Below, one piece after another: positions 11,188 to 22,065 of a stretch of DNA of 64,000 nucleotides. The notes beneath the pieces were generated by a model. It was not told where the DNA came from and did no database searches. It saw only the letters and a list, made by a program, of their open reading frames with translations. The position numbers and the translations under genes were made by a program. This DNA comes from an uncultured Chthonomonadaceae bacterium (GTDB lineage Bacteria; Armatimonadota; Chthonomonadetes; Chthonomonadales; Chthonomonadaceae): contig CAWFQB010000001.1 of NCBI GenBank assembly GCA_963817895.1, forward strand, positions 64,001-128,000, given 5' to 3'. The number at the start of each line of letters is the position of its first letter. Positions within the stretch are counted from its first letter, which is position 1.

Positions 11188-12726
11188 CTACTGCTGCTGC
11201 GCCTGTAGGAAACTGGCCCAGTTGGGAGCCACTTTGGCGATGCCCAGGTTGTTCCATTGCGGGTCGAAGCCGGTCGTGTCATCCACGCTGCTCGGCGTTT
11301 GCGGCCCGGGCAGGAAGATGCTCAGGCCACTGGCTTGCGCCTCCTGGCCGTTAGGATCGTGGGCCGACATCAGAATCGCGCCGTTGCTTCCAAGCAGGCT
11401 CGTTTCCACATTGGCCGCCGATTGCGCCAGGTCAGTTGGCACACTGCCGGAAGTTCGAATCAGGTCGGCGAAGTGGTACAGGTCTTTGAACTCCGCGAAG
11501 TCAAAATACTGCGCCGACTGCCGCGCCGTTCGGATCAGGTTGGCCTGCGATGAGGTATAGGTGCGCAGACTGCCGCCGAAACTGTTCAGTGCGCTGGCAA
11601 CCGCATCCATTTTGGAAAGGTCGGTCATGGCCTGCGTGATGTTGGTTTCGTTCGGGATACAGGGCAATGGTGTCGCTGATCAGGTTGGAGCCACAATCGC
11701 CGGGTGACGCGGGCGTGGTCTGCAAGAAGCCCAGCCAGGCGTCATACGGATAGCCGGTTCCGGGCGGGCTTTCTTCCGAAGCCACCAGAATACGGGCGGA
11801 GTTGCGAACATCGTAAGCCAGTTCCGTCGTGCCTTGCAGGGAACAGTCAATGATCAGCGCGTCAATTTTCTGCGCCGCGTTTGCCAGTCCGAGCGGCAAT
11901 TCCTGCGTGGCGATCTGGCTGCCGGTCTGCACGTCCTGCGATAGTCCGCGCGTCAGTTTCTTCGCATCTGGCCGTCGTTGGCGTTCCCCGTTTCAGTTTG
12001 CCGGATTTTGCCGCGCGGTTGTTGACGTTCAATGCGCCGGAACCGTGATCCCATACCACAACCGCCAGATGGTCGGCGGGATAGTTTGAGGAACCCCACT
12101 GCACGAAATCCGCCAGGGTGCGGTAACTGCCCATGTCCGCCGTCTTGCTGCCGTTGTCGTTGATCGTATCGGTGGGCGGGTCGGCCAGACGGTCGCCGTC
12201 CAGAACCGTTGTATCGCCTACAATATTCGCATTGCTGTCAATGCCGGCGGGCGCAATGCGGTTCAAATCGGATTGACTATGCTTGCTGAGTTTGATAGCG
12301 GCGCGTGCCAACAAAGGACGGGGTTGTGTCAATGGCGACGGAGGGGAAGAAGCTGGATTGCCGGGTCTGCTTCCACTGCACCACGATGTTGAGGTCGGCA
12401 TTGGAGCCGACGGAGGCCATCTGCGCGATGTTAATCAGGCTGAATGGCTGAAGGTTGCTGGCCGCGTTCATATAAACCAGAACCGTCCAGCGCGCCCGCC
12501 CGTTCTGATGCGCGTTCTGCTGAAACACGGGCCGCGATGAGTTGTTGCTGTTGACAAACGGCGATGTGCCAGGTGTGGTGAACGTGCCGGTAACAGGCGT
12601 TGGATTGGGCCGGCATTGGGATTGGAAGGAACTGCCTCCGCCCCCGCAGCCCGCAACCAGCGCGCCGAAAAGTCCCGACAGACCGGCGGCAAGCGCGAGC
12701 CGACGGGTAAAACGTGACAAAGACAT
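11188..12726 (-). CDS. Clostripain-related (peptidase C11) lipoprotein (several frameshifts)
   Basis: Signal TRR...[21 protein letters not shown]...[45 protein letters not shown]. Confidence 0.88.
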
Positions 12727-13106
12727 GCGTATCAAACTCCCTTCGCGAGAAAAACGTTCACGGCTTCAAAGTAATCGATGAAAGCCGCGCAAGCGACGGG
12801 CTCGTTTTCGGGCGCTGAAAACAAGCCCGCCAGATCGGAAATTGCGCATCGAAGCAAACAATTTGAAAGCGAACACAGTTGGCGGAAAAATAATTGGCGG
12901 TTCCTGCTGTTAGGGACGCGCGGCAAGCGCAAAAGGTGAACATAAGAATTGCCGACGCCTGTCTGTTTATACGGCAAAAACAACGCGCTGTACGGCAGGT
13001 CAGGCTGAAATTGCCGTATTTCATGCCCAAATGAACAGGCATCCGGCAAACAATCGCGCAAAATGGGAGGAAAGCGACAGGCGGCTTATCACGGTTACAG
13101 GGGGTA

Positions 13107-13115
13107 TGATATAAT
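13107..13115 (+). promoter_or_regulatory. Extended -10 promoter element upstream of the GGDEF gene
   Basis: TGATATAAT about 110 nt before AAGGAGG-ATG 13225. Confidence 0.45.
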
Positions 13116-13224
13116 ACCCTATAGACAGCGTTTTGTCGCGTCAGTTTTGTTCTTCGTTCGCTGTTTCGATGCTTAACTGAAACAGGCGGCGTAATCTGCA
13201 AGGCCAGGTAAAGGAGGGGCGCGT

Positions 13225-15047
13225 ATGGACTTCCGGGATAACAGGCGAGCTGACCAACATTCTGACCGCGCACTCCCGCTCCCTTTTCTGCGGCAGATGT
13301 ACATGCAGTCCCTGTTCATTCGGCAGACATTGCCCGGACAACTCCTCTTGAGGCCGCGCTTTCCGCCGCAACAACGCTTCTCGCCCTCGCCTGCCTGCTG
13401 TATGACCTGCATCGGAATACGCCTATCCCGCGCCGATTTTCTCCTGTTGCTGATTTTCATTCCCCTGCTGTTGGCGGCCCGTTACGCCCCGCTTTCCGCC
13501 AACCCGCGAACATTCGCTGACATTTGTGGCTCCCCTGGTATTCGGCCTGACGCTCTGGTTTGGTCCGCTCCTCGCCGGATTAAGCGCGTTTGCGGCCTGT
13601 TGGATTTACGCCCGGTTTGGAGCGCCTGCGGGCGTTTCGCGGCATCGGGCGCGCGCGTATACGCGCTGGCAGGGAGCGCAGTTCGCGCTTGGGGCGTATG
13701 CCGTCCGCGGCATTATGCCTCCTGCTCGCGCCGCCTTTTGCGGACGTGGCGGCAATGCGCTTCCCGCGCTGGAGCGGCTTTCGCAGGCCGCCTGCGGCGC
13801 AATCGTCTTTTGCGCTTGCGCTGGCGCTGTGCTATTGCCTGGTATACTTCACCGCGCTGAGGCAGGAGGAGAATACGCCGACGGCCGCGCGCATCTGGCG
13901 CGTCTGGTGGCCGTGATAACGCTTGGCCTGCTGCCGTTGTTCTGCTGGCTCCATTGGGCGCGGTTTACGGGGCGGGAATCGGCCTGCCGCTGCTGCTGTT
14001 TTTGCTGTTGTCGCGCGCGCGTGGCGCGGCAGCAGGAGGAGATGCACAGCCTGCGCAAACAACTGCGCGCGTCCGAAGCGATGGGGCGCGCCAGTATCCA
14101 CGACCCGGATGTGGCGGACGGCTCTGTTTTGCTGCAGCGGTTTCTGGCGCTGGCGCAGGAACTGGTTCCCGCCGACCGATCCCTGGTATGGATACTGAAT
14201 CAGAAATCCGGGGAACTGACACCCGAAATTGCCCTGCCGAACAAGGGGCCGTTTGCGCGGCGAACGGCCCTGTTCGGAGAGGGAATCATCGGCCATGCCG
14301 CCGCCCGCATGTCGCCGCGCCTGATTGAGGACGCAGGCGAAAGACCCCCACCGCCTGCCCGCGAGAACGTGTCCGGCGCGTGGCTGCTGTACCCGATTGT
14401 GGTGCATGAGCAGTTACTGGGCGTGGCGCAGTGGACGCGCCCGCTCAGCCGCGCCTTTCACGAGCGAAGATATTGCCCGTCTGGATTCGCTGGTTCCGCA
14501 GGCCGCGATTGCGCTGGAAAACGTGTACATCCGGGCGCAAATGCACGACCTGGCGGCAACGGACGGCCTGACCCGACTGTGGAACCATGCAGCGGATGTA
14601 CGATCTGTTGCGCGAGGAGATTCGGCGCGCGACCCGCTACAAGCGCGCCCTGTCCGTGCTGATGATGGACGTGGACAGTTTCAAAACGTTTAATGACAAC
14701 TACGGGCATCCGCAGGGCGACCAGTTGCTCAAGACCGTTGCGGGTATTTTGCAGGCCGAGCGTGCGTAATGTAGATCATGTGGGGCGATATGGCGGCGAG
14801 GAGTTTATGATTATTTTGCCGGAAACGTTCAAAGACGACGCCTGCCACCTGGCCGAGCGTATCCGCGCCGCAAGTGGAGGAACATGCCTGGGTGCTGATT
14901 GACGAGCGCCCCATCCGCCGCACCGTCAGCATCGGCGTGGCCGCGTACCCCGAAGACGCCCTCAATGCCAATGAACTGGTGCAGCGCGCCGACGAAGCGA
15001 TGTACCGGGCCAAGCGCGCCGGTAAAAACCGCGTCCTGTGGGCGTAA
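13225..15047 (+). CDS. Membrane-bound GAF-GGDEF diguanylate cyclase (several frameshifts)
   Basis: TM region; GAF (GEGIIGH, QAAIALEN); TDGLT, DVDSFKTFNDNYGHPQGD, RNVD I-site, RYGGEEF, ADEAMYRAK..GKNR. Confidence 0.9.
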
Positions 15048-15073
15048 AGTTAGGATTGGTAAAGGAACGAATT

Positions 15074-15884
15074 ATGGCGTATGAGGGGATTGGCAGTGTT
15101 GCCGGAATGGCAAACGGATGCCGAAATTGACGGCACGCAGGCGGGCGCAGAGGAGCGGGGCGGCAAAGCGGCGCATTGTGGTATCCGTTTCGCGGCATAC
15201 GCGGGGCTTTGTGGAACGGGCGCGGGAACTGCTGGAAGCGGACGGGCTATGAAGTCACTCTGCTGGATATTGCCGATACGGATGCCGAGCGGGTGCGAGA
15301 AACCATTGACATCGCTTCCGTTGCGGGCGTGCTGGATGTGACGCTGACCGGGTTGGCGAATGAACTCATCGGACGCGCGCCGACGTTGGGTCTGATGCTG
15401 CTGGATCTGGCGGGGCAGGCGGGCGTACCGCTTGTGCTGGCTCCGGGCGGGCTGGACATGCTGACGTTCCCGTCCCGCGAAGCGGTTCCGCCGCAATGGG
15501 GCAGGCGCAAGTTCGTGGACGTGGCCCCCGACCATATCGTGATGCGGACGGACACGAGCGACAACGCGCGCCTGGGCCGCTTGCTGGCCGAAAAAGTCAA
15601 TCAGGCGACGGGGCCGGTAGCGGTGGCGCTTGCCCCTGCGCGGCCTGTCCGATCTGGGCGCGCCCGGCGAGCCGTTTTCCTCCGCCGACATCACGATGGC
15701 CCTGTTCGGCAACCTGACCACGCACCTGCGCCGCGACATCCGCCTGGTAGACAGCAACGTCGCCATCAACGACCCCGGCTTCGCCCAACTATGCGTGGAA
15801 GTCCTGCAAGCGCTAATCAGGAAATTAACCACGGAGAACACGGAGGACATGGGGAGGAGAGGGAAGAGGGATTACCGCAGATGA
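15074..15884 (+). CDS. Tm-1-like (UPF0261) protein, C-terminal half only (frameshifted)
   Basis: GVLDVTLT, APGGLDMLTF, MRT...N..LGRLLAEKVN..TGPV, PLRGLS, INDPGFA. Confidence 0.75.
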
Positions 15885-16017
15885 AACGGATGAAACAGGT
15901 ACAAACGGATTAACTCAAAATGACCGTTTCATCTGTATTGTTCCACATTATTTGTTTTATTGTCGTGAACTTTTCCTCTTCTCTCCTCTCCGTGTCCTCC
16001 GTGTTCTCCGTGGTTAA
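15825..16017. repeat. ACCACGG-type inverted array element with nested repeats
   Basis: TTAACCACGGAGAACACGGAGGACA ... TGTCCTCCGTGTTCTCCGTGGTTAA. Confidence 0.8.
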
Positions 16018-16025
16018 ATCGTCTT

Positions 16026-16913
16026 TTACCAGTTCAGCGTAGGCGGGAAGAACTCGGCGATGAGGTCTTCGTAGTAGGGGCGGAGTTGCGCCACATTGGG
16101 CGGCTGATGGCTTTTGGAGTACAGGTCGTAGGGATTGAAGGCGCGTACCCAGGCGAACAATTCGCGGTCATGGTCGTTCATCAGATGTTGGTACGCGCCT
16201 TCCGTATGCGCCGGGTAGAACGAGTGGTAGCGGATCATGGCAAGGCCGGATTCGGGCAGGTACTCTTTGACGACGTTGTACAGATACTCGTCATGTCCCC
16301 ATGAAAGGTGTACGTTGTCCAGTCCGCAGCCCGGTTCATAAATGCCGTTTTCGGTCTGATACTCGGCAATCTGCATATCGGGATTATCGCGGAAGAATTC
16401 GGGGTACACGATTTTATCGGAGTACCTGCAGCCGACGGGGAAGGTATCGCCCACAACCGCCCATTGCGGCTCGTCCCACAGGCACAGAATTTTGCCCAGG
16501 TCGTGGATCAGGCCGGTCAGGATAAACCAGCGCGGGTGTCCATCGGCGCGAATGTCTTCCGCCGTTTGCAGCAGGTGCTGAATTTGAGAGAGGTCGGTAT
16601 CCGGGTCGCTGTCATCAACAAGCGTGTTCAGATACTCCATCGCTTCCCAAATCCCCATTTTGCGCTGCGCGAGGGGCAGGTACTGCCGTTTCTTTGCCAG
16701 CACAAAATCAAGCGTCTGGTAGCGATGGTTCAGGCGATAAAATTCCCGCACGGACGAACGCGCTTCCGCCTCATAGTTGCGAAACTCTTCCTGCGCTTTA
16801 TCCGCATCCGTGAAAGCGTTGGAAGCATAGCGTTCCCGGCGGGCTTCATCCAATTCGTCCATATCCGTCAAAGGCGCGGCGTTGTCAGGTACGGCAATAG
16901 CGGTTTGATTCAT
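16026..16913 (-). CDS. Myo-inositol oxygenase
   Basis: [75 protein letters not shown]; likely start MNQT at 16913, not the longer ORF. Confidence 0.93.
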   Translation of the reverse strand: MNQTAIAVPDNAAPLTDMDELDEARRERYASNAFTDADKAQEEFRNYEAEARSSVREFYRLNHRYQTLDFVLAKKRQYLPLAQRKMGIWEAMEYLNTLVDDSDPDTDLSQIQHLLQTAEDIRADGHPRWFILTGLIHDLGKILCLWDEPQWAVVGDTFPVGCRYSDKIVYPEFFRDNPDMQIAEYQTENGIYEPGCGLDNVHLSWGHDEYLYNVVKEYLPESGLAMIRYHSFYPAHTEGAYQHLMNDHDRELFAWVRAFNPYDLYSKSHQPPNVAQLRPYYEDLIAEFFPPTLNW

Positions 16914-16964
16914 GGCTGTCCTGATTCCTTCAAATGGGAGGTTCTGCAAAAGGGGTACTGCTAT

Positions 16965-17448
16965 CTGTCCACGACATAGCGTTTGTAGTGCTATTCCGGC
17001 TCTGAACAGCGTCAGCAGGGTGAGAAGGCACAACATTCCCGCCATCAGCAATTCTACAAAACGCGCATTGGGCATCTGCGGGGTGAGACGGGACAGACCG
17101 CCGCCTAAGAGAAATAGCGCGGACGCCGAAAAACTACGAGCGCGGCAATGACATGACCGCTTAACACAACAATCCACAAGATCTTTCACATCGTTCTCCC
17201 TGACGGCCGCCCTCCACAGCATCCTAACAAATCCGCGCTTTGCCTGCCGAATCGTCAAAAGGTCCCGGCCATCCGCCGTTCCGCATATCGTCTATGTCGC
17301 GCTTGCTCTTTTTCCATCTTTCGTAACTGTTGATCCATCCGTGCATTGATCTGGCGACAGCGTTCGTCAGCCTCAGCTTGAAGGCATTTTATATTTTCGC
17401 CTGCTCTTCCTCTGTGAGTATTTCGCGTTTGCGTCGCCGGAAGAACAT
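16965..17448 (-). pseudogene. Frameshifted hypothetical protein (basic coiled N-terminus plus TM segments)
   Basis: GGAG-N7-ATG giving MFFRRRKREILTEEEQ; continues in other frames to hydrophobic [16 protein letters not shown]. Confidence 0.4.
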
Positions 17449-17483
17449 AGTTGTCTCCTTGTACTTTCTTTATTCGAGTTTTA

Positions 17484-17936
17484 TTAAAGTGTGGGACTTT
17501 CGTTTGGGTCAATTACCAAAGCAGCGACATCAGGGAATATAGCGCGAAAATGCTTTGCATTCAGGGTAATGAGATGGTCTACGCTTGCGAGCAATGCAGC
17601 CTTCGCAATCAAAGCGTCATAAGTTTGTCCGCCGCCGATGTGATGCGCGGCAAGCTGCTCCAACACTGTCGGGTAATCAGCGGCAGATAAGGCAACTACT
17701 TCGACATGAGGCAAAACCTCTGTTTGCAATACTTTCCAAGCTGTTGCAGGAGAGATGGGAGGCTTTACAGGCATACGAGTCAGCACGGCATAAACTTCAG
17801 CGACGGTATGGGCAGCAATGTAACCAGTGACTTCTTTGCGTTGAACACGCTGTAACCAGGCAACAGCAAGAGCATGGGCGACGTGGCTTTGAACGAGAGC
17901 CGCCACTAAAATGGATGTGTCAAGCAGCACCTTCAT
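17484..17936 (-). CDS. PIN-domain VapC-like toxin
   Basis: VLLDTSILV, AEV, TYDALI, TLNAKHF. Confidence 0.9.
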   Translation of the reverse strand: MKVLLDTSILVAALVQSHVAHALAVAWLQRVQRKEVTGYIAAHTVAEVYAVLTRMPVKPPISPATAWKVLQTEVLPHVEVVALSAADYPTVLEQLAAHHIGGGQTYDALIAKAALLASVDHLITLNAKHFRAIFPDVAALVIDPNESPTL

Positions 17937-18208
17937 GGTTGGTTGACGCCTTCAAAGAAACCGGCGATACGCGCTTCACGTTCGTTGTCATAATTTTTCT
18001 CATGTCCCCGCTTCTGCCTGGATAATACATATCGTTTTCAAGTACCAACGGCGCATTTCTCGCGTTACGCGCAAACGCACTTCGTTTTGGTCGTATCCAC
18101 AATCAACGTTGTTCTCGCGTTGATCTGCATGTTGTCGGCGTATAAGTTGCTTGGCAACGCAATACGTCCTTTCTTCGTGACTACAGGTCCGCGAATAGAC
18201 ATCGTCAT
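17933..18208 (-). pseudogene. AbrB/MazE-like antitoxin broken by several indels
   Basis: Fragments VTKKGRIALP, EVRLRV, APLVLEND and EREARIAGFFEG in different frames; its stop overlaps the vapC ATG (ATGA). Confidence 0.6.
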
Positions 18209-18300
18209 CAATTCATCAACGGCTCCGCATGAATTGCGCCGGGAGTCATCCTGTATTGATTTAGTTTACTAGTTGTTTAACAGCCTCGTCAAGAGGCAAG

Positions 18301-19148
18301 TTATCTATTGGAAGATTGGGCGGGGCGGAGGGTGAGGGCGGACACTTCGGGCGGGCAGAGGAAGCGCAAATGCCGGGTGGAGCAGACGCCGCGCGAAACA
18401 TACACGCGGCAGCCTTTGCCCTGACATAATCCCGCCCGAAACTTCTTGCCGTAGCGACTGGTAATCCAGGGCGCGGGCAGGCCGGGAAAGTGTGCCTGCC
18501 CGCCGTGCGTGTGTCCCGACAGCATCAGGTCAATGTGTAAGAGCGGGATCAATGCGCTCGGCAAAATCCGGGTTGTGCGAAACCAGCAGGCGGGGAATAT
18601 CAGCGGGAACTCGCGTCAAAGGCTTTTTCCGGGCGCACTTCGCCGCGCCATAAATCGCCCACGCCGCCGATAGCGATTTGTTGCCCGTTTCGTTCAATGA
18701 GAAAACTCGTATTTTCAATCAGGCGCAGGGGCGTGTGTTCGGCAAATTCGCGGCACAATTCTTCGGCAGGGTAATAGTGGTCATGGTTGCCCCGGACGCC
18801 GACAATCCCATCCCGCGCCCGCGCGTCGTCGAACAGTCCGGCAAGGGACGGCACAATGGCGGGCTGTTCTCTGGTCTTGTCGCAAATATCGCCCGCAAGC
18901 ACAATCAAGTCGGGATCGAACGTGTTTGCGAGATGAACGGCGCGGCGTATCGCGTTCGCGTCCGTCCAGCGGGGATAGTGGAAGTCGGAAAGAACGGCAA
19001 TGCGGTAGCCGTCGAACGCGGGCGGCAGGCGCAAAATCGGAATGTCCCGCCGTTCCAGCACAAGGCGGTTCGGCTCGATAAACCGCGCGTCCACCGCGCA
19101 GGCCACGCCCAATCCCGCAATCCCCGCCACAACATAGGGTACAATCAA
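18301..19148 (-). CDS. Calcineurin-like metallophosphoesterase (YkuE/YaeI type; frameshifted)
   Basis: SDFH, AGD, GNHD, SHNPD, SGHTHGGQ, YVSRG. Confidence 0.92.
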
Positions 19149-19167
19149 AGGAAAATCCTTTAAGGAG

Positions 19168-19251
19168 GTTGTTAGGTTGTTAGTTGTTAGGTTGTTAGGA
19201 ACGCGCTTTCCTCACACCTGATTACCTGACAACTAACAACTAACAACCTAA
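19168..19251. repeat. Inverted GTTGTTA(G) array element (also near 5000, 28160-28283, 40553)
   Basis: GTTGTTAGG arrays facing CTAACAAC arrays. Confidence 0.8.
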
Positions 19252-19255
19252 TTCC

Positions 19256-20164
19256 ATGACCTGGATCATTCTCGGAACCGTCGCAACCATTATTTCTACT
19301 ATTGCCTACATCATCACCGCGCTTTATATTCGGGCGGAGTTGAAGGGGCTGGAAAAAGACCGTTATCTGACGGTTACGAATCAGCTCTTCACAACGTGGC
19401 AGAGTACGGAATTTATGCAGGCGCAATTGTGGCTGCTGCATAAATTACAGGAGAGCGATTGGGACGCTTTTGTTGCCGCGCACCGCGCCGACATGGGCGA
19501 ACTGGCGTTTCACCGTGTCGGCTCTTTTTATGACCGGGTGGGTACGCTGATTAAAATGGATCTGGTGAACGAGCAGGAGATTCTCGCCACGATGGGCGGG
19601 TACGCGATTGCCGTATGGCAGAAGATCGGGCCGCTTGTGCAGGAAGCGCGGCAGATTGAGAACTCCGTGCTGTTCCAGAACTACGAGGCGATGCTGCCCG
19701 CCTGTCACGAGTGTTACGTTCCCGCGCTGAAAATTAGTTCCGGGGGCAGTATGGGCCGGAGTATGCCGGTCAACATGTTCATGGAGAAAACGCCGGTTCG
19801 CATCAGCCTGTCGGAACTGCGGCGCAAACAGGAACGCGGGGAACCGCTGACACTGCTGGACGTTCGGCAGGCAAAACAGCAGGTCACGCCCGAAAACCGG
19901 ATACTGCCCAACGCCATTCTCATTCCCCCGGACGAGATCGAAACGCGCTACGGAGAATTGCCCCGCGACAAAGAGGTCGTCGTGTATTGCGCTTGATCGG
20001 ACGAGGCTACGAGCGCCCGTGTGGCGCTCTTCTTACAATCCAACGGCTATACCGCCCGCGCCCTGACCGGCGGCTACGACGCCTGGAAAAACGCGGGGCT
20101 GCCGCTTGTCTCGTTTCCCGCTGCGCAACCGGCTGCGCCGTTGCAGATCACGCCGCGCCTGTAA
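19256..20164 (+). CDS. TM + DUF4760-like + rhodanese fusion with in-frame UGA (19994-19996), predicted selenoprotein of about 302 aa
   Basis: The frame continues past TGA: VVVYCA-U-SDEATSARVALFLQSNGYTARALTGGYDAWKNAGLPL to TAA 20162-20164, completing the rhodanese fold. Confidence 0.82.
19997..20035 (+). promoter_or_regulatory. Candidate bacterial SECIS element
   Basis: 7-bp stem GAGCGCC(20011-17)/GGCGCTC(20023-29) with a GU-containing loop CGTGT, starting 15 nt after the UGA. Confidence 0.65.
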
Positions 20165-20184
20165 GCGCGGGGTAAACTACCGAC

Positions 20185-21010
20185 TTACTCTTTTGCGCCC
20201 GCCGCGCGCAGCAGCGGAATACACTCGGCGACATTCCTCATGTGCTGCCATTGCAGGGCATAATGCAGTGGCGATAAAGTGTCCATGCGCAAGTTGGGAT
20301 CGGCATGGCGCGAAAGCAGCAGCCGTACAATTTCCGCATGTCCACGCTGCACAGATTTAAATAACGGAGTCTGGCCGCCTTTATCCCGCGCGTTCACATC
20401 AGCCCCCTTATCCAGAAGCATTTGTACCATTGCCTCACTGCCAAACGCGGCGGCAAGCATCAAGGGCGTTTCCATGCTCCTGAGGCGTCGCGCATTCACG
20501 TTGGCGTGATGAGCAAGTACAAGCCTGAGCGCTTCCACAGAAGAAGGGTCGCTCTCCTCTCCCATCACGACCCCAAAAAGGATGGTATCCCCCTGTGGTC
20601 CTGTAGCGTTCACGTCTGCGCCGTGTTCCAGAAGCGCCTTTAAAATCGTGATATTGGGAGGGCTGAACGTGACATTAAGCGAAGTATAACGGGTGTACGC
20701 TCCGGGCATCAGTGCCAGATCAAGAGCGGAGTAGGAAGCGAGATAAGAGGGTTGTCGGCGCAGTTGCGCGAGGAGCGTTTGCCAGGGTGAACCAGGGGTA
20801 AGAGTATCATCGACATAAAGGCGCCCATCCGGGTCCGCGCTCTGATCCAGAAGTTGAAGCGCCAGCGGCGTGTCGTTATCATCTATGGCATACAATAGCG
20901 CATCCGTTGTCTGATGCCGACGTTGCGCATGGTAAACCATCCCCACTATCCCGCCTCCAAGAAGAACACTCAGCAGGAGGAATCTGAAAGAGACGAGAAG
21001 TTGATTTCAA
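20185..21010 (-). CDS. Ankyrin-repeat protein with N-terminal TM/signal (5' end probably frameshifted)
   Basis: LLEHGADVN, ETPLMLAA, LLDKGADVNARDKGGQTPL, SPLHYA. Confidence 0.88.
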
Positions 21011-21015
21011 GGCGT

Positions 21016-21510
21016 TCACCATCCCCAGGTTCCCGGCTCACCTTTGAACGGGCCAACAATATCGCTTGTAATCCAGCCGCCGTAGAAATCGCCCGCCTGT
21101 GCCGTAACAGTTTCGCCGTCTACAAGGCAGGCGTCCATTTTGCTCGGATAAAAGGCGATGTAGTTTTTGATACCGGCAAATTCGGGAGTGGGGTCGGCAT
21201 AAAACCAGCCGGCGTTTTCCATCCGTTTGCCGCCGACTGCGAGAGTTGCGTATCCGGCGCGGCCCTTGAACTCGCAAAAACTGGAATGGGGCGCAGAAAT
21301 TATGACTTCATCGCGAATGTCTTCACGCGGAATGTAGTATACAGGCGGGTGACTGGTTTCCAGAACGCGCTTCGCCCGTCGCGTGTCGGCAATGGTGACG
21401 CCGTTGAACACCACCTGAATATGCTTGCCGCTGTCTTCCAGTTTCGGCGGGCGCGGATAATTCCAGACGGATTCCTGTCCCGGCCCCGGCACAATGCGCC
21501 CCTTCTGCAT
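21016..21510 (-). CDS. DUF427 family protein
   Basis: PGPGQESVWNYPRPP, VLETSHPPVYYIP, SFCEFKG, GDFYGGWIT. Confidence 0.9.
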   Translation of the reverse strand: MQKGRIVPGPGQESVWNYPRPPKLEDSGKHIQVVFNGVTIADTRRAKRVLETSHPPVYYIPREDIRDEVIISAPHSSFCEFKGRAGYATLAVGGKRMENAGWFYADPTPEFAGIKNYIAFYPSKMDACLVDGETVTAQAGDFYGGWITSDIVGPFKGEPGTWGW

Positions 21511-21647
21511 ACAACCCTCCGCAAACCGCGTACAGTCAGTAAACCGCGAAATACGCCAAACAAACGAAAAAAGAACAAAACAAGATGAAGAATGGAAGAT
21601 GAAGAGTGAACCACGCTCTGTTTTCATCCTTCATCCTTCATCCTTTG

Positions 21648-21983
21648 CTACTTCACATCCAGCAGTTCCACTTCAAACACCAGCGTCGCGTTCGGGGGAA
21701 TCGCGCCGCCCGCGCCGCGCGAACCGTAGCCGAGTTCGGAGGGAATAGTCAGTTTGCGGATGCCGCCGACCTGCATGGTCGCCACGCCCTCATCCCAGCC
21801 CTTGATGACCCGGCCCATGCCGAGCGGAAACGAGAACGGTTCGCCCCGGTCCCGTGAACTGTCGAACTTGGTTCCATTGGTCAGTGTGCCGATATAGTGA
21901 ACGACGGCGGTTTGCCCCTTTTGCGGCGTTGCGCCTGTCCCCTCTTTGATCTCTTCGTATTCCAGCCCCGATGCCGTTTTCAT
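21648..21983 (-). CDS. FKBP-type peptidyl-prolyl cis-trans isomerase
   Basis: [40 protein letters not shown]. Confidence 0.96.
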   Translation of the reverse strand: MKTASGLEYEEIKEGTGATPQKGQTAVVHYIGTLTNGTKFDSSRDRGEPFSFPLGMGRVIKGWDEGVATMQVGGIRKLTIPSELGYGSRGAGGAIPPNATLVFEVELLDVK

Positions 21984-22065
21984 GACAATATTCCTTTCGC
22001 TTGTATGCAGCGGTTTGATGTACGAAATTCTTACGAGCGCAGGCAAAGAATGGTTGCTGAATGTC

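Noticed and set aside
12730..13225. c-di-GMP riboswitch or ncRNA in the long divergent intergenic region
   Set aside because: Only a modest hairpin (TACGGCA...TGCCGTA) is present; I could not match the aptamer consensus by eye. An Rfam scan would settle it.
16914..17258. N-terminal TM extension on inositol oxygenase (410-aa ORF)
   Set aside because: More likely an accidental in-frame join with the broken upstream gene; an SD-like sequence precedes MNQT at 16913.
18087..18272. Plus-strand ORF resembling the 26-aa peptide (ALICMLSAYK versus ALMCMFSALK)
   Set aside because: It lies antisense to the AbrB-like antitoxin remnant and has no SD, so the similarity is probably chance.
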